Shown here: piece by piece, positions 13,033-26,545 of the stretch
How positions within the stretch are numbered: the first letter of the stretch is position 1
Layout of the letters: each line of letters begins with the position of its first letter
Assembly: GCF_036321535.1 (NCBI RefSeq)
Contig: NC_087437.1
Coordinates: 84,446,001 to 84,510,000 of the forward strand
Length of the DNA stretch: 64,000 bases
Direction: 5' to 3'
Source of the DNA: Camelus dromedarius
Lineage: Eukaryota
Position numbers and translations under genes: made by a program
The notes under the pieces: model-generated
What the model was told of the DNA's origin: nothing
Seen by the model: only the letters and a program-made list of their open reading frames with translations
Database searches by the model: none

Positions 13033-14011
13033 CTTTCTTGAATTTTGGAAAGTAAAGGGAAACATTCATCACTGAAGAACACGTTAACCAAATGAGTTTT
13101 TTTGTAATGTCTCATTTGTTTAATTATCACAGTTTCTGCTTCTTGAAAGCAGTGTCATGACCTATTACTCTCAGCATTTTGAATAAGCAATTCAACATCT
13201 TCCTTATTTTCACTTTAGACAGGTCATCACTGTCAAAGTTTGACTCTCTTCCTGCTTTTTGAATCCCATTTTGAAATTTAGTGACAGATCTATCAAATTA
13301 TAGATCGCTAGTCCCTAGCTGGATGCAGTGTCTTTCTATACCTGGAGTGTCAGCTGCATAACCCTCTTTAATTATGGGATTCCCCCAAAAAAGAAACAAA
13401 AATAAGAGAGGGATATAAGGTAGCTAGTGAAGTACTCAACACATTCTACGTTTATTTAGTTTGTAAGCAGCACTACTACTCCATGATTAAAGAGCTTAAA
13501 CTGGAAACAGATTTTCCTTAGAAAACAGCTCTCTGGCTTTTGCATCTTATCAGAATCCTGAACAGTAATTTAAAAAAAAATAAGCAAAGATAGTACTAGT
13601 TCTCTTGATAAATGATAAGGGGAGACCTAGAAATGCACTTTCTCTTCCACTTCTAAGATACATTCAAGTTTCTATCACCAAGGGATGAACTTTGTGAATC
13701 TCTGCCTCTGACATTTACTCAATTCAAATGTGAGCATCATGATTTCAATATTGGTTCAATTTTTCTAATAATTATCTGTTTACTTTTCTGTTGTTCCTCA
13801 TTACATATCTTTAAAAATAAGCAAAATGCCCTATTCTCTCTGTGGTGAACATTACACAAATGGATCTATTAGATATATAGAAGTTATCATTTACATTTAT
13901 TGCAGTATGATTGACTCTGTGATATATCAGTCAACCCCAAGTCTTTCCTTTCTTACTTTGATTGAAACCGTCTAATTTAAGCATGGGTTGGGCATTTGTG
14001 TTTATGTAGTG

Positions 14012-14219
14012 CAGAGCGGTCCAACCTTATTTTGGGTCAGATAATTCTTTGCTGAGGGGCCAGGGGCTGTCTTATACATTGTAGGATGTTTAGCAGCATT
14101 GCTATCCTCTACCTCTAGATACCAGGGCAGCCCCGAACCAGTTTTGATAGCCAAAAATGTCTCTGGACATTGCCAAATGTTCCCTGGGAGGCAAAATCTC
14201 CCCTAATTGAGAACCACAG
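14012..14219. mobile_element. MER20 (hAT-Charlie)
   Basis: cagataattctttgctg...cattgtaggatgtttagcagcat...aatgtctctggacattgccaaatgt...gagaaccacag. Confidence 0.9.
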
Positions 14220-14879
14220 ATCGAGAGATAGTTGACAGTAGTCGTACCATGTCTGTTACACTTTGGGAGCCCTCCAAGTTCTCTTCCATGGTCCCTATGA
14301 CATACTGTTTACAGGGAGCTCTCAGCAGACCTCTAAGAGATGTTGTGCTGGTGTATGCCAGTATACACATTACTTTCAAATTCCAATTTTCCATTGCTAG
14401 TATTAAAAAAAACCCTGACTTATGTGTGTTAACCTTATATCCTCCAATATTGCTATAGGTGATTCTTAGTACTAGGAGTTTCTTTGGTTGTTTCCTTGGG
14501 ATTTTTTTAAATTGCCAAGCATGTTGTCTATGAAAAAAGATAATGTTATTCTTCCTTCCCAGTTTGTATACCTTATAGTCTATTTTTCTGTCTTATTGCA
14601 CTGCTTAGGGCTTCCAGTACAATGTTTAAAAGTAATAGTGAGAGGCATTATCCTCTGTCTTGTTCTTCCAAATCTTAAAGAACAGTGTCTAGTTTTTTAT
14701 CATTAAGTATGCTGTTAGCAGTAGGGTTTTTGTATGTGTCCTTAATCAGGTTTAAGAAGTTGCCCTCTAATCCTAGTTGTTGAGAGTTTTTATCATGTGT
14801 GGGTATTGGATTTTACCAAATGCTTTTTCTGCATATGATCATATGATAGTTTTCTTTTACCTTTGATGTTGTGAATTAT

Positions 14880-17085
14880 GGTTTTTTTTTTCAATTCTGG
14901 TAATGCATTTTTTGTTTTTTGCTTTTTTTTTAATTTTTATTCAAACATAGTTGATTTACAATGCCATGTTAGTTTCAGGTGTACAGCAAAGTGATTCAGT
15001 TATACATACACTCCTTTTCAGATTCTTCTCCACTGTAAGTTATTGCTAGATATTGAATATAGTTTTCTGTGCTATACAGTAGGTCCTTGTTGTTTATCTA
15101 TTTTATATATAGTAGTGTGTACATATTAACCCCAGGCTCCTAATTTATCTCTCCACTCCTTTCCCCTTTGGTAACCATAAGTTTGTTTCTATGTCTGTGA
15201 GTCTATTTCTGGTTTGTAAATAAGTTCATTTGTATCTTTTTTTGAATTCCACTTATGACTGATGTCATATGATATTTTTCTTGCTCAGACTTACTTCATT
15301 TAATATGGTAATCTGTACATTTATCGATGTTGCTACAAGTGGCATTATTTCATTCTTTTTTATGGCTGAGTAATGTTCAATTATACACACACACACACAC
15401 AAATTGCCACATCTTTATCCATTCATTTGTCAATGGACATTTAGGTTGTTTTCATGTCTTGGCTACTGTAAATAGTGCTGCTATGGACAATAGGGTGCAT
15501 GTACATTTTTGAATTAGAGTTTTCTCTCGATATATGCCCAGGACTGAGATTGCAAGATCATATGGTATATCTATTTTTAGTTCTTTGAAGAACCTCCATG
15601 CTGTTTTCCATAGTGGCTGCATCAATTTACATTCCTAGCAACAGTCTAGGAGGGTTCCCTTTTCTTTACACTCTCTCCAGCATTTATTTGTGGACTTTTT
15701 GGTGAAGACCATTCTAACTGGTATGAGGTGATACCTCATTGTAGTACTGATTTGCATTTCTTCAATAATTAGCAATATTGAGCATTTCACATGTGCCTGC
15801 TGGCCATCGGTATGTCTCCTTTGTAGAAATGTCTATTTAATTCTTTTGCCTATTTTTAAAATTTTTTTTAATATTAAGCTGTATGAGCTGTTTGTATATT
15901 TTCAAAATTGATCCTTGTCGGTCACATCATTTGCAAATATTTTCATGCATCCCATAGGCTGTCTTTTCATTTTGTTTAAGGGTTCCTTTGCTGTGAAAAA
16001 GCTTTTAAGTTTCATTTTAGTCGTCTAAGATCAGGAACAAGATAAGGATGCCCATTTTGTCACTTTCAATGAAGTTTTGGAAGACCTAACCACAGCAATC
16101 AGAAAAGAAAAAGAAAGAAAAGGAATCAAAGTTGGAAAAGAAGAAGTAGAACTGTCATTGTTTGCAGATGACAAGATACTATACATAGAAAATCCTAAAA
16201 ACACTGTCAGAAAACTACTAGAGTTCATCAGTGAATTTGATAGAGTTTCAGGAAACAAAACTAATGTAAAAAAATCTGTTGCATTTCTGTACACTAACAA
16301 CAAAATATCAGAAAAAGAAATTAAGGAAACAACACTATTTGCCATCACATCAAAAAGAATAAAATACCTAGGAATAAATTTACCTGAGGAAGCAAAAGAC
16401 CTGTACCCTGAAAATTATATGACACCAATTAAAGAAATTGAAGACAACACAAACAGATGGAAATATATACTGTACTCTTGGATTGGAAGAATCAATATTG
16501 TTAAAATGGCCATACTACCTAAGGCAATATACAGATTCAGTAAATCCCTATCAAATTACCAGTGACACTGTTCACAGAACTAGGACAAAAATTTGATTAA
16601 AATTTGTGTATAAAGACCAAAGATCCTAAATAGCCAAAACAATCTTGAGAAAGAAGAGTGGAACTGGAGGAATCACGTTCCTTGATTTCAGACTATAATG
16701 CAAAGCTACAAAGTTATGATCAAAAATAATATGTTACTAGCACAAAACCAGACACACAGATCAGTGGAACAGGATAGAAAGCCCAGAAATAAACCCATTC
16801 ACTTATGGTCAATTGATCTATGACAAAGGAGATAAGAATATACAATGGAGAAATGAGAGTGTGGTGCTGGGAACACTGGACAGTAAAAGACTGAAATTAG
16901 AACATTCTGTAACACTGTATACAAAAATAAACTCAAAATGAATTGAAGACCAAATACTCTAAATCTCCTAGAGGAAAACATAGGCAGAACATTCTCTGAT
17001 ATAAATTGCAGCAATATGTTTTTGGATTCATCTCCTAGAGTAATGGAAATAAAAGCAAAAATAAGCAAATAGGACCTAATTAAAA
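14880..17085 (-). mobile_element. Younger 5'-truncated L1 with twin-priming inversion, nested in the old L1
   Basis: Antisense 3' part 14880-~16016 and sense ORF2 part ~16025-17085 (ORF 16077-16565 contains [15 protein letters not shown]). TSD tgatgttgtgaattat (14864-14879) / tgatattgtgaattat (17086-17101). Confidence 0.93.
16077..16565 (+). pseudogene. L1 ORF2 reverse-transcriptase fragment
   Basis: 162 aa ORF with [27 protein letters not shown] and [20 protein letters not shown]; frameshifted on both sides. Confidence 0.92.
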
Positions 17086-20000
17086 TGATATTGTGAATTA
17101 TATTAACTGATTTTCAAATGTTAAATAGTTTTGCATAACTAGAATAAATCTCACTTGTTCATGGTGTGTAATTTCTTTTATATCTTTTTGGATTTAATTT
17201 GCTATTATTTTGTTTAGAATCTATGTTCATGAGAGATATTGGTCTGTAGCTTTTCTCTCTTGTATTGTCTATCTGGTTTTGGTATTTGGGTTAAGAGTGG
17301 CCTCATAGATTGAGTTAGGAAATGTTCTCTCTACTTCTGTTTGCTGGAAGAAATTATAGAGAATGCTGCTTAAACTTTTGGTAATACTCACCAGTGAATT
17401 CATATGAGCCTTTTAAAAAGGTCATTAATTATTGATTTGATTTCTTTAATATATAACAGGCCTATTCAGATTATCTGTTTGTACATTTGTGAGTTTTGGT
17501 AGTATATTTCTTTCAGGAATTAATCAAATTATCAAATCTGCAAGCATAGAGTTCTTAATATTTTTATATCATTTTGATGTCCCTGAATCAGTAGTTATAA
17601 CCAATTTTTATGTCTAATATTGGTAAGTTGTATCTTCTCTCTTTTTTTTCTTGGTTGTGCTACCTAGGGATTTGTCAATTTTATTTGTCTTTTCGAAGAA
17701 CCAGCTTTTGGCTTTGTTGGTTTTTCTCTGTTGTTTTCTTGGTTTCAATTTCCCTGATTTCTGCTCTTCATCTTATGTTTTTGTGATTTCTTTAGGCTTA
17801 AATTGCTTTTCTTTCTTTAGTTTCTTATTACGCAGAGGCTAAGACTATTGAATTTATATCTTTATTCATTTCTAACATGTAAATTTCCCTCTAAGCATTG
17901 CTTTCACTGCATCCTACAAATTATGATAAATTTTCATTTTCAATCAATTAATAGTAATTATAAAATTTCTCATGAGACTTCGATTGATATGTAATTAAGT
18001 AATGTTTCGTTTAATCTGCAGATACTCAAGAGAATTCTGGCCATCTTTCTGTTATTGATTTCTAGTTTAATTTCATTCTAATCTGAGAGCACACTTTGTA
18101 TTTTTATTCTTTTAAATTTGTCAAATGGTTTTATGGCCCTAAATGTGGTCTATAGTAGTGAATGTTCTACATAAGCTTAAGAATGTATATTTTGCTATTT
18201 TTGGATGAAGTGTTCTATAAAACTTAATTAGATCTAGTTGATAGATACTACTGTTCTATCAACCATATCCTTAGTGATTTTCTGCCTAATTGATCTATTA
18301 CCAAAAGAGGAATGTTGAAGTTTTTAATTATAAGAATGGATTAGTTTATTTCTCCTTGAAGTTTTAGCCTCACATTTTGAAACTCTATTTTTAAGTGGAT
18401 ACGCGTTGTCATGTTTTCTTAGAGAATTGACCTCCTTATCATTATATAATTTCTCTCTTTATCCTTAATAATTTTCCCTGTTTTGAAATCTGCTTTTTAA
18501 AAAATTAATGTAGCTATTCCTACTTCTTTTAGATTAGTGGTAGCATATTATATTTTTCTCCATCCCATCTTTTAACCTATCTGAGTCTTTAGATTTAAAG
18601 TTAGTTTCTTGTAGACAACATTTAGTTGGATTTTTAAAAAATATTATATCCATTTTATCGATCTCTTTTAATTGATATTTTTACACCATTCACACTTAAA
18701 GTGATTATTGAAATAGTTGATTTATATTTCTCATGTAACTACTTTCTATTTGTTGTATAGTTCTTGATTTTTATTTTTCCCTGTTTTTCCGTGCTTTTGC
18801 TTTTAATGAAGCATTTTATGCAATTCCTTTTTTTTTGTATCTTTTAACATATCAGTTACACTTATTTTTAAATTATTTTTAGTGGTCACCCTAGAATTTG
18901 CAGTATGCATTTATAAGTAATTAAGTCTGCTCTTAAATAATACCATACCACTTTATGAATAGTGCAAGCAGCTTATAATAGAGTATTACTAATTTTTCCT
19001 TCCTGCCCCCTACAGCATTGCTTTCATTCATTTCATATATAGGTATGCTATAATCACTCTCTATATTGCTGCTGTTATTTTGTTGAATAAATACTCATAT
19101 ATTGTATCAAGAATAAAAAAAGTAAAATATTTTATTGTACCTTCTTTTATTCCTTCTCTAAATCTCTTCCTTTCTTTATGTCAATTTGAGTATCACTTTC
19201 TTTCTCCCTGAAAAAATTTTTAGCATTTCTTGCAGGGCAAGTCTACTACTGATGAATTCTCTGTTTTATTTATCTGAGAAAGCATTTTTTCCTCATATGA
19301 CTGATAATATCACTGCATATAGAATTCCTTCCAAGTTGCTGGGTTTTTTCCTTCAACACTTTGAATATTTCACTTCAGTGTTTTCTTGCTTGCATGGTTT
19401 CTAGCAAGAAGTTGGTGTAATTCTTATTCTTGTTCCTCTATAGGTAAGATGTTTTGTTTCTCTATTTGCTTCTAGGGTTTTTCTTTATCTTTGGTTTTCT
19501 ACAATTTGAATATGAAACACTTAGTTTTAGTTTTTTTTTGGTATTTATCCTGTTTGGTGCTTTCAAAACAGCTAGCTCCCTGTTTTGTGGTTTGGTGTTT
19601 GCAATTAATTTTGGAAATTTTTCTTCTAATATTCTTCAAATATTTTTTTTCAGCTCCAGTGTGTCTTTCTTCTCCTTCTGGTATTCCAATAACGTGTAAT
19701 TACACATTTTGAAATTGTTTCACAATTCTTGGATTTTTTTCCATTACTTTTCCTTTTTACCTTTCAGCTTGGAAGGTTTGTATCCACCTGTCTTCAGGTT
19801 CACTGACACTTCCCTAGTGAGCTCATCAAAAGAACTCTCCATTCTGTCATGTTGTTTTTATTTCTAGGGTTTTTAAAAATTACTCTTTCTTTGAATTTCC
19901 ATTTCTCAGCTTATATTACCCATTTGTTCTTTTCCATTGTTTCCTTTTTCACTAGATCCCTTAGCCTGTTAATCAGTTTTTTAATTCCCAGTTTCATAGA

Positions 20001-22229
20001 TCCAGTATCTCTGTTACACCTGAATCTGGTTTTGATTCTTACTTTGTTTCTTTACACTGTATTTTTTTCTTACCTTAGGAGTTTTTTGGTGAAAGCCAAG
20101 CATGATATATCAGGTAATGGGAACTGACATAAATAGGATCTTAGTGAGAAGTTTTATGTTAATTTGGCTTGAAATTGGGTTGTGTTCAATGCTTGCTGTA
20201 GCTTTAGACATCAGAGGCTTCAATTTCCTTTATTGTCTTTGCTGTTCGTTTGTTTTTTAAATTCCCCTGTGTTTTTTTAGGTTTCCCTAAACATCCGTTT
20301 TAAATAGAATCTGAGCTTTGCTGGCTCTTTTAGCTATGATCCAATGTTATCATATTGAATCCATATTGATGTGATGGCAAGATGTAGTGGGAGGAGAAGG
20401 GTTCAGTAGCCCTCTGATTGTCTCATTCTTTTAGTGAGTCTGTGGCCCTGGTCTGTGATCTCACAGGTGTTTCTCAGCTTTATCTTTTTCTCCCTTAGGT
20501 GAGACAGAAAGACTAGAGAAAGGCTATAGCTGGGGAATTTCCCTTCCTCCATATAATATCAGTCTCTGGTAAAGTTTTTCTCTTGCTGGGTAGAACTTTG
20601 TTATGAAGAATGTTCCTGGTATATATTGAAATGGTTTTCTTTCCTCATCCTTGTCAGAGACACGAGAGTATTTCTTGCTTCTTCATCATGAGAACCTGGC
20701 TGGATTCCTAGACATTAAAACTATTAAAATATGGGGGATTCCCAAGACTATGAAATTCAGGAGGTTCTCATTCTCTCATTAGGCTACATTCTGCCTCTGG
20801 CAATTTATCAAACTTACTTATTTCTACCAAGATATGCCTGTAATTACTTATGATTCTGGTAAGCTGATATAGGCTGTGCTTCTCTGTATTCGCCTGTCTC
20901 TACAGATTTTGGGTTGGACTCTATCCTGTGCCCTCAATTCTCAGATGAGTCTAATTAATGTCATTGATTTTCAGTTGTTCAGCGTTTGCTTGCTGTACAA
21001 GGGGAGTGATGACTTCCAGTCTTTATTTGTCAGAGCTAAAACCAGAAGTCAATACTACTTGTTCTTGCAAAAAAAAAAATCTATATTCTGCTGAGGCATA
21101 TAGTATGATTTTATAATTTACTATTACTCTAAAATAGAATTCTTCCTTCAAAGAGACCCAAGAATGAAAGTGCAGCTAGGTCTGTGTAAATCTAATTCCT
21201 AGTCTGCAAAACCCTCTGGTCAAAAATTGCTCATAAGCAATTATGAGAAAATACTTATATAAACCATCCAAAGTTTACATACAGTTTTAGACTAAATTTT
21301 ACTTTGGTATCTAATATCTTTAAAAAATTGGTAATGATGCCTACTTTAACTGAATCATTCATTAATTGTGTTACATGATTGTTTTTTGCTAATAAACATA
21401 TCAGATTGCCAAAACTCATTTATTTTTTCTAATTTAAATTAAGTGATTAAGAACATAGATTAAATTGGGTTTTGAAGTCAACATATTGAGTTATTTGTTA
21501 ATAGCATAAAATAATTTCATTTGTTATTAATATTATACAAATGCCTGTGTATAATCATATCATTATGCTTATTCATCCAATTAGTTAGAATACTTTAACA
21601 AAGCATCTCCTCAATGCTCATTTTTTCTTAATTTTTTATTATAAAAACATTAACTCAATTTTATTGGTTATATGGTTATCTCTGAGAATCATTATGTCTA
21701 TAAATATTCTAGCATTATAGGATGTTGTTAATGTAGGTCATTTTAAAAAGTACCCTTGGTAAACATGGTAGAAAAATAACTGAAATAAGTGGAATTTAAA
21801 ATATTTATGAAGTCTTTTGAAATTATACTTTTTTAAGCTTTAACATCCAAGATCTACAGTTTGATAACATTTCCAAATAATAAAATTGTTTTATCAGAGA
21901 AATAATTCATATAATTCAATGAAAATAATGTATTTTCATTGTATAATTGATATATCCAAGGTACTTAGTTTCTCAGAGTTAATTACTGGTGTAAGATATA
22001 TGTGTCCATACAATGTTTTTCTGGCCTAGGTTGCATCATGGAGCAGAGTGGGCATAGCCTAGTATAAATTTTATATTTTTATGCTTCTCATTTACAATGC
22101 ATTGAAATTCTCCTGCTGCTTTTATGTAAGCTGTCTTGAAATGGAGTTTCTTTTATTCTTCTTTCATGAACATACACAATAATATTCATTTCAGTATTGT
22201 CTACATTAAAGTCTTGAAAGTTTCTTTTT

Positions 22230-22335
22230 AAAATTAAAACATATACATCTATCAAAATTAGTCAAATTATACATCTGAAATACATGTAGTTTACTGTATA
22301 GGAATCATATATCACAATAAAGGTGTTAAAAAAAG
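22230..22335 (+). mobile_element. Old L1M 3' end remnant
   Basis: atacatctatcaaaattagtcaaattatac...tttactgtat...caataaaggtgttaaaaaaa. Confidence 0.55.
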
Positions 22336-22984
22336 TAAAGATAGATCGTAACAGTGAGCATAGTGTAAGAAAGGGAATATTTTGCTTATGATATTCATTT
22401 GAATGAAATCCAAAATAAAAGAATGACTAGTGTAACAAAATGTTTAAAAATAATGCATAACAGTCTATGTTATTATAATATGAAAGACACGCTACCAAAT
22501 AGATCGGTTGAAGAGAAAAAGTGTGCAAAGGAGATCTGCAGTACCTCCCTGTTTCAATTAAGTTGAAAGCAGAGGGAGATGGAGAGAATGAGCAAGAGAG
22601 ATTTATATCCAGTGCAGATAAGATATACATGTATTTATCTTCCTCTTAAAATAATATGACCATGAATATCATATGAAATAAGTAAGCCAGCACATAGCTA
22701 TGCTATTATGAGCTTAGCAATATTGTCTATGAATTATATGAATTACAGAATTCGAGTAGAGTTACAGCTTCAGTATCAGTACAAGGGAGTAAATGAAATA
22801 CTCATGTAGTCTGTGATCACCATAGACTATGGTAGAAACTGAATTATGAATGTCCTGTGTTACACACAAAACATGCACACACATACACACATTCATTTAT
22901 GTAAGTGAACTAGAGTTCTAAAACAGTTCTATAAGGAACTCTATAAACTTACTATTAAATTAATGCTATTCTTGTTAATTTAAT

Positions 22985-23155
22985 TAAATTTATTCAACAA
23001 ATAATTTTTGAACGTTATCTATATTCAAGGTCATATACTGCCCTCATGATGCCCATATTTTAGTGGGAGAAGCATTAATATAAAGTAAACACAAAAATAC
23101 ACAGGTTTATTTCAATGCTTTAAGGGAAATATAAAAGACAATGAATTGGAGAGTT
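22985..23155 (-). mobile_element. L2 3' fragment
   Basis: tattcaacaaataatttttgaac...ctgccctcatgatgcccatattttagtgggaga. Confidence 0.65.
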
Positions 23156-24099
23156 GGATTTCTTCCAGTTCCTATTCTTTCCCTCTTAAAGAAAAGGGAG
23201 ATATGATATTTTCGCATCAGTACCACAGTCTTTCTTTCTTCTTTGAATTTCAAGCATTTAGGTATGCTTTCCTCTTTGTGTGTTAGAAGGGTTTAAATAA
23301 TCATGACTTCTTTCAGTTCACAAGATTCTCCCAATGTAGAAAGAAGTGATTGTGTACATTTGGCTACTTATGCTTAGGTTTTAGAGAGAGATTCTTTCTT
23401 TTTTCTCATTTGCTTTCACTTTCATTGGACTTTTCCTTTTGTTCATATAACTTGGTCATTTGTGTAGCTCGGAATATGGGCCTAGAAGGAAAGGACAGGT
23501 GATGCTCAGTCATGTCTAATCTTGGCAGAAGTTCCACACATACTCTAAAAAAAATTACCAGTGACTTTGGGAAAAAATGTCATTAACTAGGAACTGATAT
23601 GTTGCCATATGGGCATATACTTTTCCAGCTGGAGTCTCTGGTAGTGGTCGAAGTGTTGACTAATTGAATGTACTGGGTATACTAGATACCAAATATTTTC
23701 TCAATTCCAGATAATTGACAAACAAAGATGTAGCAACATTTTTGTGGTATTCTCTGTTTTCTTTTTCAAATTGTAGATTGTATTTAGAGAATTAAATAAT
23801 AAGTTTCCTGTGATTTAACTTACTAGAGTACACATTCTTATTGAAAAAGGTAGTATTTACCTGTTGTAGAAACTATAAGAATAAATAAATATAACTCATA
23901 CTTCTATCACCCAATATTAAACTTTGAATTCTGGCAAACATCTGTATCTATTTATCTCCTAATCAGCTTGAGTTGAAACATTAAGATTGTTTTACGATAA
24001 AAGCAGGAGGGCCCAAGTTTTCTCTTGGTCACCCAGGAGTGTCTTGAGTGTCCTCTTCACCTAAACACCCATGCAAGTTTCATAAGGAAAACAATTATT

Positions 24100-24500
24100 T
24101 GATAATTAATGAAATACTTATTAAGAATGTATAGAAACTGTCAGAGATGTTGGGGACACAGTGAAGATAAAAAAGGCTCTGTTTTTGTGGAATGTACATT
24201 GTATTGGAAGAAGACATACAATGAAAAATAAATGCATGCATAAGGAAATGATTAAGAAATCAACTGGAATTCAAATTCTGAATCCAAAATTCAGAATTGT
24301 TTTGACATCAAGCAGCAATATCAAACTCTGTTATATTGAGCTGAACTATTGGAAGACTACACTTTCTCTAAAAAGTCCTTTAAAGTCCTTTTTGTAAGTA
24401 ATAAAACAGCAAGAATAATATTTACTGAGCACTTACAGTATGCCAATATTTTCAGCACTTTACATGGTTTAATTCTCACAATAATTCAGTTAGGAGGGTA
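24100..24500 (-). mobile_element. L2 fragment (24100-24250) and MIR fragment (24410-24500)
   Basis: gatgttggggacacagtgaagataa (L2) and aatttactgagcacttacagtatgcca...ttctcacaataa (MIR). Confidence 0.6.
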
Positions 24501-25007
24501 AAATATTGACATTAGATTGTTTGATAAAGTTCCTGCTTTCACCCATTGTGTGTTAGATCCATCTGGATAATGGTACTTTGTTGGGTAATAATGTTCAGAA
24601 GGTGAGATGGTTGTATTGAAAGAAAAAATTGTATCAAAGAGAATTAGGGTGGACATTTTAGCAAAGACTGAGCTGCAGCGTGTTGTTTTCAGTTACTCCA
24701 GCAATAACCTGCCTTAAGTTAACAATGAAATTAAAATGGGATTATTTTAAAGAGTCACACATTTTTGGGTTTACTCTTTGAAATTATTGTAGTTCTAGAC
24801 ATAGAATAGATTAAAAGTTTCCTCTCTAAGGGTTACACAGTATATTTCTTAAATTTCAAATTTAATAGATTCAGGTGGTGAATATTTAACTTCTGTCAGG
24901 GTAAAGGAAATTGAATTAGGTATCAGTGTATATAGGATTTTATTCTGGGAGCATTTTTTATTTCCCTTTGCAAATAGAAGTATTTCTGTACTAACTTTTG
25001 GCTTCAG

Positions 25008-25285
25008 CTTGTCAGCAAATTTTAACTGAACATGTGTAATTCAGAGTTAACAATGGACCAGTCAACACAATTCAATAAATAAGTGTCTAGATATGTCATG
25101 TGCCCAAATATATTCCTGCTAAGACAGCTAAGTATAAATTAGAGCCTCACTCTTCTGATTGGATTTTGGATGATGATCCAATGAGTACAGATCCCCATGA
25201 TTCTGACGCAACATCATTTGAGGACGAGTACCAGAGTTAAATTAGCCATACTGTAATGGGGTGGCAGTGATTGCTGTGAAATAAA
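25008..25285 (+). pseudogene. Candidate terminal exon of a decayed gene or lncRNA (unidentified)
   Basis: TACTAAC (24989-24995) + ttttggcttcag acceptor. Open stretch 25091-25240 encodes ICHVPKYIPAKTAKYKLEPHSSDWILDDDPMSTDPHDSDATSFEDEYQS*. AATAAA at 25280-25285. The 5' part has stops in all frames. Confidence 0.3.
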
Positions 25286-25758
25286 AGTCACCATAAAAAT
25301 TCAGTTCTCTGATCTTATACTGGATTCTTATTGTTGGTGATTCATTTATCTAGTGAGAATGCAAGACTAAGACTGTTCCCTAGACTAAGTCCTTGAAATT
25401 GACCCCAACGAGATATCTCCATGGAATTTTAGCTTCATCCTTCCTTGGGAGAAGAATGCTCAACTAGATAAATCTGGAGCCAACTAGAGATGAAGGACTT
25501 TGTTCTTAAAGTCATTTCTAAAACTTTTGAGGGGAAGTCCACAGAAAACTACATCTTCCTTCTGTTATAAGTGTTTAAGGACTTAATGATGTTGAAAAAT
25601 ATGTGCAAATTTTAACAGGTGTACATAAGTCACTCATTGCCTGGAAGGTCGTCTAACACAGATGAAAGTTGTAGCACGGATTTTTTAAAAGCTTGAAATG
25701 ACTTTAATTAATTTACACTTTATCTAATTCCAAAATGGATTTAGTATACCTGTAAAAT

Positions 25759-26545
25759 TGTGATTTGTAATAAGAAATGTATATTTGACCTTTGTCCCCT
25801 TTTCTGGTGCAAATCTCCTAAACCTTTGGAATTTCCTAAATGAAAGTGAAAAAGATGTCTTTTATTATGTGAATGAGGTGGCTTTTGAACTTAACCTAAG
25901 GATGGGAGCTGGTTGCCAGGAGAACCAACTACGTGATTAGAGTGTTGGAAATTTCAATCCTGCTGCCCCATCCCCTTTATTTCTGGGGAGGGGAGAGGGA
26001 CTGGAGATTGTATCAATTACCATTGGCCTGTGATTTAATCAGTTGTGCCTATGTAATGAAGCCTCCATAAAAACCCAAAAGGAGAGGCTTTGGAGAGCTT
26101 CCAGGTTTGTGAACACCTGGGAGATGATGGGAGAGTGCTCACTGGGAGAGAGTGGAAGCTCTGAGCCCTTTTCTTATATCTTGCCCTATGCATCTCTTAC
26201 TTCTGGCTATTCCTGAGTATAATAAACTAGTAATTTAGGAAGCACAATGTTTCTCTGAGTTCTGGGAGCCACGTTAGCTAACCGAGGAGAGGGTCCTTAG
26301 AACCTCCAATCTATAGCTGGTAGCTCAGAAGCACTGGTGACAACCCGTATTTGGGCTTGGCATCTGAATTGTGGGTGTGAGTGAGCAGTCTGGCAGGACT
26401 GAGTCCTTAACTTGCGAGATCTTGCAGTATCTCCAGATAGATAGTGTCACAATTGAGTTGAATTGTAAGACATCCAGCTGCTGATGTCAGAGAACTCCTT
26501 GGTGTGAGCGAAAACCCCAACCACACATTAGAAGTGGGTGCAGAA
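25759..26545 (+). mobile_element. Solo LTR, MER21-like
   Basis: tgtgatttgtaataagaaatgtatatttg..., gggagctggttgccaggagaaccaac, gcctatgtaatgaagcctccataaaaacccaaaagg, gatagtgtcacaattgagttgaattgtaagacatccagctg. Confidence 0.85.

Larger units (their letters stand above)
14370..21050 (-). mobile_element. Old mammalian L1 (L1MC/L1MD-like): ORF2 5' part, ORF1 and 5' UTR, split by a younger L1 at 14880-17085
   Basis: Long T-rich antisense L1 sequence that continues across the nested insertion and ends in ...gacttccagtctttatttgtcagagctaaaaccagaagtc, resembling L1MC/D 5' ends. Confidence 0.8.

Noticed and set aside
19430..19450. Plus-strand donor tag|gtaag
   Set aside because: It lies inside the antisense old L1.
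23629..23663. P-loop-like GVSGSGRS after an acceptor-like site
   Set aside because: It lacks the catalytic Lys, stops three codons later and has no supporting context.
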